From assembly GCA_964016885.1 (NCBI GenBank), contig OZ024745.1, positions 103,602,001-103,666,000 of the forward strand: DNA of 64,000 nt, read 5' to 3'. A program made the position numbers and the translations under genes. This document shows positions 40,993-55,123 of the stretch, piece by piece. Positions within the stretch are counted from its first letter, which is position 1; each line of letters opens with the position of its first letter. This stretch comes from Eledone cirrhosa (Eukaryota). The notes beneath the pieces are model-generated. The model was not told the DNA's origin. It was given only the letters and a program-made list of their open reading frames with translations, and made no database searches.

Positions 40993-41331
40993 AGAGGCAA
41001 TGAATTGGCAGAGTCGTTAGAATGTTGGATAGAATGCTATGCAGTATTCATTTTGATTCCCTGCTTTCTGAGTTCAAATCATGCTGAGGTCAACTTTGCC
41101 TTTCATCCATTCATGGTCTATAAAAAAGTACTGGTCGAGTACTGAGGTCAATTCTTCCTCTATATCTCTATCTTTCTTTCACTCCATTCTATCACTCTCT
41201 CTATCCTTCTCTGGAAGAAATCTACTGTATTCAGGCCTGGAGAGGAGGTGGGCCCCGCCAAGTTAAAAAAATGCCCTACAAATGACATATGACAATATGG
41301 CACCTCTACAACACCTCAGGAGTTACGGCTC
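40993..41331 (+). mobile_element. Nin-like SINE with extended 3' tail; relatives at 22950-23070, 40185-40400, 60040-60280, 61705-62000
   Basis: gagttcaaatc...cctttcatcc body and tctggaagaaatct...ggagtta tail. Confidence 0.8.
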
Positions 41332-44300
41332 CATACCATACCACACCACACCATACCATACCACACCACACTATACCATACCATACCATACCATACCACA
41401 CCACACCATACCACACCATACCATACCATACCACACCACACTATACCATACCATACCATACCATACCACACCACACCATACCATATCACACCACACCATA
41501 CCATATCACACCACACCATACCATACCACACCATACCATACCAGACCACACCATACCATACCACACCACACCACACCATACCACACCATACCACACCATA
41601 CCATACCACACCACATCCTACCATACCATACCACATCATTCCATACCATACCACACCATACCATACCACATCATACCATACCATACCACACCATACCATA
41701 CCACATCATACCATACCATACCACACCACACCATACCACACCACACCATACCATACCATACCACACCACATCATACCATACCATACCATACCACATCATT
41801 CCATACCATACCACACCATACTATACCACATCATACCATACCATACCACACCATACCATACAATACCACGCCATACCATACCACACCACACCATACCACA
41901 CCATACCATACCACATCATACCATACCACACCACACCACACCATACCATACTATACCACACCATACCATACCATACCACACCATACCATACCATACCACA
42001 CCATACCATACCATACCACATCATACCATACCATACCACATCATACCATACCATACCACACCACACCACACCATACCACATCATACCATACCATACCACA
42101 CCATACCACACCATACCATACCACATCATACCACACCATACCATACCACACCACACTATACCATACCATACCACACCATACTATACCACACCATACCACA
42201 CCACACCATACCATACCATATCATACCATACCATACCACATCATACCATACCACACCATACCACACCACACCATACCATACTATACCATACAACACCATA
42301 CCATACCATACCACACCACACCACACCACACCATACCACACCACACCATACCATACCACACCATACCATACCATACCACATCATACCATACCACACCATA
42401 CCACACCACACCATACCATACCACACCACACCACACCATACCACACCACACCACACCATACCACACCACACCACACCATACCACACCACACCACACCATA
42501 CCACACCACACCACACCATACCATACCACACCATACCATATCATACCATACCACATCATACCACACCACACCATACCATACCATACCACACCATACTATA
42601 CCACACCATACCACACCATACCACACCACACCATACCATACCATACCACATCATACCATACCACATCATACCATACCACAACATACCACACCACACCATA
42701 CCATACCATACCATACCATACAACACAATACCACACCACACCATACCACACCACACCACACCATACCATACCACACCACATCATACCATACCACACCATA
42801 CCATATCATACCATACCATACCACACCACACCATACCATACCACACCACACCATACCATACCACACCACACCATACCATACCACACCACACCATACCATA
42901 CCACACCACACCATACCATACCACACCATACCATACCACACCACACCATACCACACAACACCACACCACACCATACCACACCACAGCATAGCATACCATA
43001 CCACACCATACCATACCACACCATACCATACCACACCATACCATACCATACCATACCACACCATACCACACCATACCACACCATACCATACCACACCATA
43101 CCATACCACACCATACCACACCACACCACACCATACTATACCACACCACACCATACCATACCACACCACACCACACCAGACCACACCACACCACACCATA
43201 CCATACCATACCACATCATACCATACCATACCACACCACACCATACCACACCACACCACACCACACCATACCATACCATACCACACCATACCATACCATA
43301 CCACACCATACAATAACATACCATACCACATCATACCATACCATACCACACCACACCACACCATACCACACTACACCACACCATACCATACCACATCATA
43401 CCATACCACACCATACCACACCATACCACACCACATCATACCACACCACACCATACCATACCATACCACACCATACCACACCACACCACACCACACCATA
43501 CCACACCACACCATACCACACCACACCACACCATACCACACCACACCATACCACACCACACCATACCACACCACACCATACCATACCATACCACACCATA
43601 CCACACCACACCATACCACACCACACCATACCACACCACACCATACCATACCACACCACACCATACCACACCACACCATACCATACCATACCACATCATA
43701 CCATACCACACCACACCACACCATACCACACAACACAACACCATACCATACCATACCATAGCATACCATACCATACCATACCACACCACATCATACCATA
43801 CCACACCACATCATACCATACCACACCACACCACACCATACCACACCACACTATACCACACCATACCACATCATACCACACAACACAACACCATACCATA
43901 CCATACCACATCATACCACACCACACCATACCATAACATACCACACCATACCATAACATACCACACCATACCATACTATACCACATCATACCACACCATA
44001 CCATACCACACCACACCACACCACACCATACCATACCATACCACACCATACCACACCACACCATACCATACCATACCACATCATACCATACCATACCACA
44101 CCACACCACACCACACCAGACCATACCACATCATACCATACCATACCACACCATACCACACCATACCACACCACACCACACCATACCATACCGTACCATA
44201 CCATACCACACCACATCATACCATACCACACCACACCACACCACACCACACCACACCATACCATACCACATCATACTATACCACACCACACCATACCACA

Positions 44301-45158
44301 CCACACCACACCATACCACACCACACCATACCATACCACACCACACCATACCACACCACACCATACCATACCACACCACACCATACCACACCATACCACA
44401 TCATACCACACAACACAACACCATACCATACCATACCACATCATACCACACCACACCATACCATAACATACCACACCATACCATAACATACCACACCATA
44501 CCATACCATACCACATCATACCACACCATACCATACCACACCACACCACACCACACCACACCATACCACACCATACCATACCACACCACACCACACCATA
44601 CCATACCACACCACACCACACCATACCACACCACACCATACCATACCATACCATACCACACCACACCATACCATACCATACCATACCACACCATACCACA
44701 CCACACCATACCATACCACACCATACCATACCATACCATACTACACCATACCATACCATACCACACCATACCATACCACACCACACCATACCATACTACA
44801 TCATACCATACAATACCACACCACACCATACCACACCACATCATACCATACCACACCACACCATACCATACCACACCACACCACACCATACCATACCATA
44901 CCATACCACACCATACCACACCATACCACACCACACCATACCATACCACACCATACCATACCATACCACACCACACCACACCACACCACACCATACCACA
45001 CCATACCACACCACACCACACCACACCACACCATACCATACCACACCACACCACACCACACCACACCACACCACACCATACCATACCACACCACACCACA
45101 CCATACCACACCATACCACACCACACCACACCACACCACACCATACCATACCATACCA
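41332..45158. repeat. 3.8 kb (CCAYA)n pentamer satellite
   Basis: Continuous ccata/ccaca units. Confidence 0.98.
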
Positions 45159-46452
45159 TCTTACTCAATGCTCTAACAATTCTGTTAATACACTGGTACT
45201 TTATTTTATCAATTCTGAAAAAAAAAAAAAAATGTTACTATGATGGGATTTGAACTCAGGATAGAAAGAACTACAAGAAATAATTGTTTCTACTTTAGGC
45301 ACAAGGCCAGCAATTAACCAGTGCATTACTGGTACTTTATTTTATCGATCCCGTAAGGATGAAAGGCAAAGTCAACCTCGGCGGGATTTGAACTCAGATC
45401 GTAAAGGGACGTAACTATGCTGGAAAGCATGGCGTCCGACCCTCTACCGATACTGCAAGAAATGATAACACTCTAATGATTCTCTATACTCTCATATATT
45501 CAATAATTGTTTCTACTTTAGGCACAAGGCCAGCAAATACCCAGTGCATTACTGGTACTTTATTTTTATCGACCTCGTAAGGATGAAAGGCAAAGTAAAC
45601 CTCGGCGGGATTTGAACTCAGAATGGCAAGGGCCGTAACTCTATCCGTCAAAGCATGGCGTCCGACTCTCTACCGATACTGCCAATCCACCGCCCTTTCA
45701 TATATTCAATATATTCGATAATTTGAGGTTATTATTTTTCTGAAACTTCTTGGAGATTCATATATCTGGCTTGTTTAAGTTCTAAGTTATTTCCTTTGAA
45801 ATATATTCTACCTCTGATCTTAACTTATAAGACTTTTCAGCAGACAGTAAAATAATGTTTATGAACTGTCATGATAATTGCATTTAGAGAGACAGATTTT
45901 GTTTAAGCTAAATGAGAAGATCAAATGTTCACTAATATGATTTTTGCACTGTTTGTTGTTTTTAGATTAGTTTCATCATCATCATCATCACCATCATCAT
46001 CTTCACCATCACCCTCACCACCACCATCATCATTATTCTTCAGCAGTCTTGGCGGTGGATTGGCAGTATCGGTAGAGGGTCTGCGCCATGCTTTGTGGCA
46101 TAGAGTTACGGCCCTTTATGGTCTGAGTTCAAATCCTGCCGAAGTTAACTTTGCCTTTCATCCTTATGGGGTCGATAAAATAAAGTACCAGTAATACACT
46201 GGATTAATTGCTGGCCTTGTACCTATAGTAGAAATCATTATTATTCAGTAGTCTTATTTTTATTATGTACCTACACAGCATTACTGAGCATAGCTCTGGT
46301 GCCTTGGACACATGTTTTGGTATTGTTGTTTCTATTATATTGGAAGTATCGGTAGAGGGAGGTGGATTGGTAGTATTGGTAGAGGGTCGGACGCCATGCT
46401 TTGCAGCATAGAGTTATTGCCCTTTATGATCTGAGTTCAAAATCCCGCCGAG

Positions 46453-46857
46453 GTTAACTTTGCCTTTCAGCCTTATGGGGTCGATAAATAAAATACCAGT
46501 CACACACTGGGGTCGATTTAATCGACATTCACCTCCCCCAAAATTGCTGGCCTTGTGCCTATACAAGAAACCCTTATATTGAAAGTGGTTAACTTTGCCT
46601 TTCATCCTTATGGGGTCGATAAATAAAATACCAGTCACACACTGGGGTCGATTTAATCGACATTCCCCTCCCCAAAAATTGCTGACCTTGTGCCTATACA
46701 AGAAACCCTTATATTGAAAGTGGTTAACTTTGCCTTTCATCCTTATGGGGTCGATAAATAAAATACCAGTCACACACTGGGGTCGATTTAATCGACATTC
46801 CCCTCCCCCAAAATTGCTGGCCTTGTGCCTATACAAGAAACCCTTATATTGGAAGTA
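46453..46857 (+). repeat. 135 bp tandem triplication of a Nin-SINE 3' half
   Basis: gttaactttgcc recurs at 46453, 46588 and 46723. Confidence 0.92.
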
Positions 46858-47245
46858 CTCTGTGAAATATGTGTACAGTATCTAGTAGTACGATTTTCTG
46901 TCTGTTGTGCATATTTCTAAGCCTTAGGGTTTTGGTTATGTGTCTGTCTGTGTTTTTTTATCATTTTTTTTCAAAAATAAGGAGATGGTAAAGAAAAGAA
47001 AGAGTTGGGAAGATGCTGTACTAGGGATGACTTAGCTAACCTATATGAATATGGAAAAATGAACATAAAAACAATAATGATGATGATGATGATGATGATT
47101 GTGATGGTGTCATCAACCCATACCTTATTTTTTAACTATGGTATATACATACTGGTCACGTTTGTCATAATGTTTATGGAGGACATAAACATTGTCACTG
47201 CTTTTATAAACACTGGTGACATGATGTTTGCTGCAACTGACGCAA

Positions 47246-47246
<1 letters not shown>

Positions 47247-47290
<44 letters not shown>

Positions 47291-48290
47291 TATACAGACG
47301 TACAGACACACACACACAGGCATACAGACACACACACATAGGCATTCCGACACACACACATGCACACACACACATGCACACACACACATGCACACGCACA
47401 CAGAGACACACACCCACATGCTATACACACACATACATATGCTACATGCACATATATACACACACATACACATGCTACACACACATACACACATACACAT
47501 GCTACACACACATATATACACACACATACACATGCTACACACATATACTACACACATACACGTGGTGCACACACATGTTACACACACACATGCTACACAC
47601 ATATGCAACACACATAGACATGCTACATACACACTTACACACACATACTATAGAAACACACCCACACACTTGTTACATACACACATATATACACACACAT
47701 ACACATGCTACACACATATACACACATACACATGCTACACATGCATATATACACACACATACACATGCTACACACACACAGACATGCTACACAGACATTC
47801 TACACACACATGCTACACACACATGCTACACACACACAGACATGCTACACACACATGCTACACACACATGCTACACAGACATGCTACACACACATGCTAC
47901 ACAGACATGCTACACACAGACATGCTACACACACATGCTACACACACACAGATATGCTACACACACATGCTACACATACATGCTACACACAGACATGCTA
48001 CACACACATGCTACACACACATACTACACACACATGCTACACACACATGCTACACACACACAGACATGCTACACACACATGCTACACACACACAGATATG
48101 CTACACACACATGCTACACACACATGCTACACACAGACATGCTACACACACATGCTACACACACATACTACACAGACATGCTACACACACATACTACACA
48201 CACATGCTACACACACATACACACATACACATGCTACACACACAGACATGCTACACACACATGCATACACACACATGCTACAGACATATG
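47247..48290. repeat. (CA)n-derived complex satellite (cacacatgcta)n
   Basis: Directly visible. Confidence 0.9.
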
Positions 48291-48360
48291 TTCCTTAAAA
48301 CAGTTTCCATCAGTAGGACCAGTTATGCTGTGTGAACCTCTATACATGCCTGATAACTGA

Positions 48361-50172
48361 TTTCTTTATTTGCCACAAGGGCGCACAAGAAAAGGGGTCA
48401 AAACAAAGACACATGCCGGGATTTTACATACAGTCGTGTAAAAATATTGAAACAAACAAATTTAGCAATCGAAATCCCTAATAGTGGGGAGGCGCCACAA
48501 ATGGATTGTTTAATACCCCGTCGATAGAACAACCCTCAACTTCAGGAGCGTGTTGTGCAAGTGCTCCCTTCTTCCTTTTACTCTCTTCTTCAACCTACAG
48601 GTTTATATACAGAGAAGGCCCAATCACTTGGGCCATTTTTGCTACATTCACCCACCTTTCAGTAAATTTACTGGGGTGCAGTGCCTTTCTCCACTCTAAT
48701 TCTCCTTCTAAAGAAGGGAATGAGTTGTTGTCCAGAGAGAAAGGCATCTGTCCTCCGTCCTCTCAATCTCATCCACCATATAACCTCTTTCACCATAGCC
48801 ACTATACTGAGGAAAACTGCCTCTCTTTCGTTTTTGAAAGAAGTTGGCGGTTTGATCTTTACTATGGACTCGGCAGTGTACAATTGCGTGAAAGACGGTT
48901 TCAATGTGCCAGGCGCCCATCTTCTTCGGTCTCTGCTTGACTCAGGATTGCAGCTCCATCAGCGAGACAAGTTGCGGGAAGGCCTGTCTCACAAACGGTG
49001 CCCACACCGGTTGGTCAGTGAGGAATACCTGGAGGTGCCGTAGCCTCAGCGCATGTTTGCGCATCATCAGCCATGGCATTCGCAGCCCTCCGTTGGAAGG
49101 GTGCTGACAGCAGAATGAGATCCTCACGAGTGGAGCCTGCTTCTTCCAAAGGAACTGGAAGAGCATACGTTCAATCACAGGGACAAGGCACAACGGTCAA
49201 GCAGTAGTAGATGACAGATGCTATGAAAGTGTTCGCCACCTCTGCTCAACCTTTCAAGGATAGTTTGCACTCTGCCCACTTCTGGGTGAGCGCAAATACA
49301 TTGGCCGTGACCTCGTTCCAGTTTTTCTCCACCTGGAGGTTCGGACCCCGAACCAGACCCCGAGCAATTTCACCGGTCCTTCCATCCAGCGTCCGACGAC
49401 GCTGTGGGACGGCATCGGTTTGCCTCTCCACATTCCGAGTTGCAAACCAACAGACTTGTCCGGGTTCATTTTTGCTCCTGTGAGCCTTTCGTATTCTTGT
49501 AGTAAGTTGCCCATCGCCCTGATTTCCAAGGTTTCCGACCCCATTACTGTCACGTCATCGGCATAAGCTGACACTATTTCCGCAGTCCCGGTTCCAACAG
49601 GATGCCCTGCAGCAGTTCCAACTTCTGCAGTAGTCGCTCCAGAATCAGCATGTACAGAATGGAGGAAAGAGGGCATCCCTGTCGGATGGAACGCGTGATT
49701 GAGAACGGCTCCGATAGATAGCCGTTCACCTTGACCGTCGAGCAGATGTTGGTGTGTATTGCAGCAATCCAGCCTCTGAAGACGAGTCCGAAACTGGCCG
49801 CCTTGAGAACCGCTTCCAAGTATCGATGGTCGACCCTATCGAACGCCTTAGACTGATCTAAATTGATCAGAGCCCCACCGAAGCCGAGTTTACACCCCAC
49901 CCTCTCTATGATGTATTGCATGAGATGGAGGTTGTCGTGTATGGACCTGGTCAGGATTGCACACGTTTGCGCTTTCCCTACCAGGTTCTCAACGACAAGC
50001 GCCAACCTCGTTGCCAACACCTTGGCCAAAATCTTTAACTCTGTGTTGAGCAGAGTTATGGGCCTAAAGTTGTTAATTTCGTCCCCCTTGTTCTCGTCTT
50101 TCCTGATCAGTGTTACTATGCCCTTGCCTGCAGAACTGGGAATTCTCTCGTTCTGCTGCCAGTTGCTAGTGG
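48361..50172 (-). mobile_element. Tx1/L1-clade LINE, RT and C-terminus, 5' truncated and frameshifted
   Basis: NFRPITLLNTELKILAKVLA, INLDQSKAFDRVDH, QGCPLS, AYADDVT, KLLGVWF, NGGL; AATAAA near 48365-48370. Confidence 0.9.
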
Positions 50173-51069
50173 GCAGTGTGTGTGTTAGTGTGTGGTGTGT
50201 GTTAGTGTGTGTTAGTGTGCGGTGTGTGTTAGTGTGTGTTAGTGTGCAGTGTGTGTGTGTGTGTGTGTGTGTTAATGTTTGTGTGTGTGTATGTGTTAGA
50301 GTGCAGTGCGTGTGTTAGTGTGCGGTGTATGTTAGTGTGTGCGTGTGTGTTAGTGTTTGTATGTGTGTGTTAGGGTGTGTATTTGTGTGTATATTAGGGT
50401 GTGTATTTGTGTGTGTGTATTTTTGTGTGTGTGTATTAATGTGTGTATATGTGCATGCGTATTAGTGTGTGTACATGTGTGTGTATATGTGTGTATTTCT
50501 ATGTGTATCGGTGTGTGTATATGTGTGTATTTCTGTGTGTATTGGTGTGTGTATATGTACATGTGTATGTGTACATGTGTGTGTGTGTGTACATGTGTGT
50601 GTGTACATATGTGTGTGTATACATGTGTGTATATATGTATGTGTACATGTAAAAATATGACTACATGCTAACTTTCACGTATCCACTTCATCAGCTGATT
50701 CTCACCCTCTTCCTCTCTCTTTTCTTCTGTCTTCTCCCCCCCCTTCTCTCTCTCTCTGAATCTCTTTCTTTCTCCCCTCTCTTTCTGTCTCCCTCTCTCT
50801 CTGAATCTCTTTCTTTCTCCCCTCTCTTTCTTTCTCTCTCTCTCTCTTTCCCACTCTTTCTTTATGTCTCCCTCTCTCTCAATCTCTCTCACTCTCTCTC
50901 TCACTCTCTCTCTCACTCTCTCTCTCACTCTCTCTCTCACTCTCTCTCTCACTCTCTCCCCCTCCTCCTCCTCTCTCTCTCTCTCTCTTTTCTTTTCTTT
51001 ATAATTAACAGATGAATGGAATAATTGAAACTGACCTGAGATGCCAACTGATGGAAGTTGAAAATATGC

Positions 51070-51124
<55 letters not shown>

Positions 51125-51146
51125 GGTGGGTGTGTGTGTGTGTGTG

Positions 51147-51178
<32 letters not shown>

Positions 51179-51461
51179 CGTGTATGTTTGCCTCTGTGTG
51201 TGTGTGTGTGTGCCTCTCTATGTATATGCCTCTGCGTGTGTGTATGTGTGCATGTATGTAGAATGTGTATGTGTGTATGTATGTGACATATGTGTGTGTA
51301 TGTGTATATGTGTGTGAGTGTGTGTGTATGTATATGGTGTGTGTGTGTGTATGTGTATATATATATATATGGTATGTGTGTGAGTGTGTTTGTATGTATA
51401 TGTTATGTGTGTGTGAGTGTATGTATGTGGTATATATGTGTGTGTGAGTGCATGTATGTGG

Positions 51462-51520
<59 letters not shown>

Positions 51521-52104
51521 GTGTATGTGTGCGTATGTATATGGTATATGTGTGTAATTCTGTATATATATGTATATATATGTATATATGTGTGTATGTA
51601 TATGGTATATGTGTGTATTTCTGTATGTATATATATACATATATATGTATATGTATATATACGTATATATATGTATATGCATATGTATATATATATATAT
51701 GTATATGTATATGGTATATGTGTGTATTTCTGTATGTATGTATATATATGTATATATGTGTGTATGTATATGGTATATGTCTGTATTTCTGTATACATGT
51801 ATATATATATATGTATATATATGTGTATGTATATGGTATATGTGTGTATTTCTGTATATATGTATATATATATATGTATATATATGTGTATGTATATGGT
51901 ATATGTGTGTATTTCTGTATATATGTGTATATATGTATATATATGTATATATGTGTGTATGTATATGGTATATGTGTGTATTTCTGTATGTATATACATA
52001 TACATATGTATGTGCATATGTAGATGGTATATGTGTGTATTTCTGTATGTATGTATATATATATATATGTATATATGTGTGTGTATGTATATGGTATATG
52101 TGTG

Positions 52105-52179
<75 letters not shown>

Positions 52180-52200
52180 TTATGCAAGTATGCATGTATG
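50173..52200. repeat. Compound (TG)/(CT)/(TA) microsatellite block with higher-order gtatatggtatatgtgtgtatttct units
   Basis: Directly visible. Confidence 0.9.
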
Positions 52201-52461
52201 AGTGTTCATCTGGAAATTTAGCAAGTAATTGTCACTTAAACTGCAACATACAAGTATTTACACATTCCTTTCTCCATTTGCTACTTGGAAGTATTTACCT
52301 ATACTCACTTAGCAACCAATACTATGCAACAACACATTTTTTATGAAAATCTCTATTGAGTACTCTAAATAAAGTTTTTTCTCTAACTTTTTAAACATAA
52401 ATGCACACATACTCACACACACACACACATGTATATATAGCTGTATATGTGTGTACTTGAT

Positions 52462-52502
<41 letters not shown>

Positions 52503-52564
52503 GATATGTAGATTTAAAACTGCACTATCCACAAGTGTTTTTTAGCCTTCATATCATGTTCTCC

Positions 52565-52636
52565 TGTTTTATCTGATGAAAACACAAATATTATTGCATG
52601 ATGATGTTTGTTTTTGAAATGCGCATAATAAAATAC
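52565..52636 (+). ncRNA. Type I hammerhead ribozyme in a solo pLTR-like unit (about 52515-52755)
   Basis: tgttttat CTGATGA aaacacaaatatt..gatgtttgttttt GAAA tgcgcATA ataaaata; palindromic stem III ATGCGCAT. Confidence 0.85.
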
Positions 52637-52756
52637 ATGGAACTCCTTTAACCATCTTTTGATCTTATATTATGCATACTCCAGTCCTACAAACTGTAGA
52701 GTGCTTCTTATCCGATATCTGCATTGCTTTATTGTACTACAATAAAACTCACCTCC

Positions 52757-52791
<35 letters not shown>

Positions 52792-53089
52792 TCATCATCA
52801 TCATCATCATCGTTTAACGTCCATCTTCCACGCTTGCATGGGTTTGGACTGGAGTTTTCCCACTTGAGGCAAGAGTGGTTGTCTTGCTCGCATAGGACTG
52901 TCTGGCGGGCGGGTTTTCTACGGCTGGATGCCCTTCCTAACACCAACCACATTTACAGTGTGGAACTGGGAGGTTTTTACCGTGTTGCCTACACGGCCAC
53001 ATTACAGCGTGGACTGTGTGTTTTTTTGCCGTGACACCTACACAACCTCATTTGTTTCGGGCTGGATGTTGTGGTACCAACATAATTTT

Positions 53090-53127
<38 letters not shown>

Positions 53128-53136
53128 TATACTTTC

Positions 53137-53184
<48 letters not shown>

Positions 53185-53442
53185 GGAAAAAATGAAATTT
53201 CATTTCTCGCTCTTAGTACGGCTGATACTTAAATATAAGTATGTATACGTACATACATATATGTATACAGACGTACAGTAGTATGTATATACATACATAC
53301 ATGCACATATATATATATATGTACGTATGGGTTTACCGAACATTTATTATAATGTTCGGTTTGTTTGTAAACAAACAGCCTGAATTAAGCCGTACAGTGT
53401 TCGGCAACCATCGTTGCCCTTTTGATCAACACTGACAAAGGA

Positions 53443-53485
53443 ACGATGAACTAGTTTCTAACTTATTAGCTGTCATCAGCACCGT
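53443..53485 (-). ncRNA. Minimal type I hammerhead
   Basis: Minus strand: acggtg CTGATGA cagc taataa gtta GAAA ctaGTT catcgt; stem III ACTAGT. Confidence 0.75.
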
Positions 53486-53660
53486 ATACCTTCCTGTCAG
53501 ATGATTGACCGTTTGAAAGTATATACTTTCCTTATGCATATTAACAGCTGAGCAGCCTAATTTCATTTTTCACTCGATATGCAAATTAGGCTGCTCAGCC
53601 GTTAATATGCATAAGGAAAGTATATACTTTCAAACGTTCAATCAACTCACAGGAAGGTAT

Positions 53661-53703
53661 ATGGTGCTGATGACAGCCAATAAGCTAGAAACTATTTCAT
53701 CAT
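53661..53703 (+). ncRNA. Minimal type I hammerhead, stem III mutated
   Basis: atggtg CTGATGA cagc caataa gcta GAAA ctattt catcat. Confidence 0.6.
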
Positions 53704-54287
53704 TCCTTTGTCAGTGTTGCACAAAAGAGCAACGATGGTTGCCGAACACTGTACGGCTTAATTCAGGCTGTTTGTTTACAAACAAACCGAACATTATAAT
53801 AAATGTTCGGTAAACCCATACATACATATATATATATATATATGTGTGCATGTATGTATGTATATACATACTACTGTACGTCTGTATACATATATGTATG
53901 TACGTATACATACTTATATATATATATATCTATATATATGAATGAGTCAGGAATAACCATACTCTACTACCCCAAATATCGAGTACTCTTATGAGTAATA
54001 GTCTAACCAGTTCGGTTTCTAAGTGAATCCATCCTGATTTATTATATATATCAAGATAAATCAACGCAGCCATAGACTCGTGTTAGTCCCTGTAAATTAT
54101 ATGCTCAAAAGAAAAGGAATCCTGAGCTCTTCAAAATACAATATGTAGAAAGGATAACACACTAGAGAGAGAGTGTGTGCCAGGGAAACCACCAGTATAT
54201 GGAATCTATAAACTATGGAAGGTAAGGTAGACACATAATTAAAAATATAAATCAAAATGTGTGCACCCACCTCTATAACTATATATC

Positions 54288-54374
54288 ACACACGTACAAA
54301 TACAAGGAGATTTGTTTCGACAAAAAATTATTGACTGAAATGGAAGCGCCTATGGGTGAGTCATCAGCGTGTGT
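54288..54374 (-). ncRNA. Type I hammerhead candidate with full stems I and III and poorly paired stem II
   Basis: Minus strand: acacacg CTGATGA (42 nt) GAAA caaat ctccttgt atttGTA cgtgtgt. Confidence 0.55.
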
Positions 54375-54570
54375 TAGGTTGATACATTTAAGACAACTCT
54401 AAGAAAATATAAGATAACCGTCTTGCAACACGTAGTAGAGTGATGTGACGGCATGCATAGGACAGTGAACCAGTGGTATTTGTGGGACGAGCTGCTAGAA
54501 ATGGCAGCCCAAAACCACTCAAAGAAACGTGCTCAACCAAACAGAGAGAGAGAGGAAAGACTGATGAGTT

Positions 54571-54609
<39 letters not shown>

Positions 54610-54612
<3 letters not shown>

Positions 54613-55121
54613 AACTGCTGACGAAGAAGGGTTTCTCCCTGCGTACAAAAGGCCAGTTATATGATGCCTGTGTGGTGCGCGATGCTGCATGGTAGTGAGA
54701 CATGGGTAGCAACTGCAGAGGATATGCAACGGCCAGAGAGAAATTAGGCAAGCATGTTCCGTTGGATGTGCAATGTCAATGTGCGTGAATGGCCGAGCAT
54801 GGATAAGTTGAGAGAGAAACTGTGTTTAAGAGGGATAAGTTGTAGTGTGTGGGAGAGTAGACTGCGATGGTATGGATATGTGATGCGCATGGAGGATGAC
54901 CGCTGGGTAAAGAATAGCCAAGAAATGCCAGTTGAAGAAAGACGTAGTAGAGGAAGACCACAAAAAACATGGGCAGAGGTGGTGAGAGCACACCTCAGAT
55001 CACTGAAGCTCACGGTGGAGATGACGAAGGACCGTGACAAATGGAGAGATGTTGTGTTGAATAGGACCCGTCCCACCCTTGCAAGCAGGGAAAAGCGGAC
55101 GTAAAATGATGATGATGATGA
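54610..55121 (+). mobile_element. RTE LINE 3' end with (GAT)n tail and 14 bp TSD
   Basis: LLTKKGFSLRTKGQLYDACV, RLRWYGYVMRM, RGRPQKTW; TSD tgatgagttggtat at 54562-54575 and 55122-55135. Confidence 0.9.
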
Positions 55122-55123
55122 TG

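Larger units (their letters stand above)
53238..53920. repeat. About 680 bp palindrome with a hammerhead in each arm
   Basis: Arms mirror around about 53555-53582; related centre-deleted palindrome at 56490-56812. Confidence 0.92.

Noticed and set aside
41282-45168. His/Thr/Pro/Tyr ORFs up to 675 aa
   Set aside because: Translations of the (CCAYA)n satellite
50665-50700. CTGATGA-N11-GAAA on the minus strand
   Set aside because: No stem I or III complementarity
47005-52346. YI/CV/HT-rich ORFs here and throughout the window
   Set aside because: Dinucleotide microsatellite translations
54561-54625. CTGATGA followed by a gttgg-(TA)n-ccaac hairpin
   Set aside because: No GAAA after the stem; explained by the TSD and RTE junction
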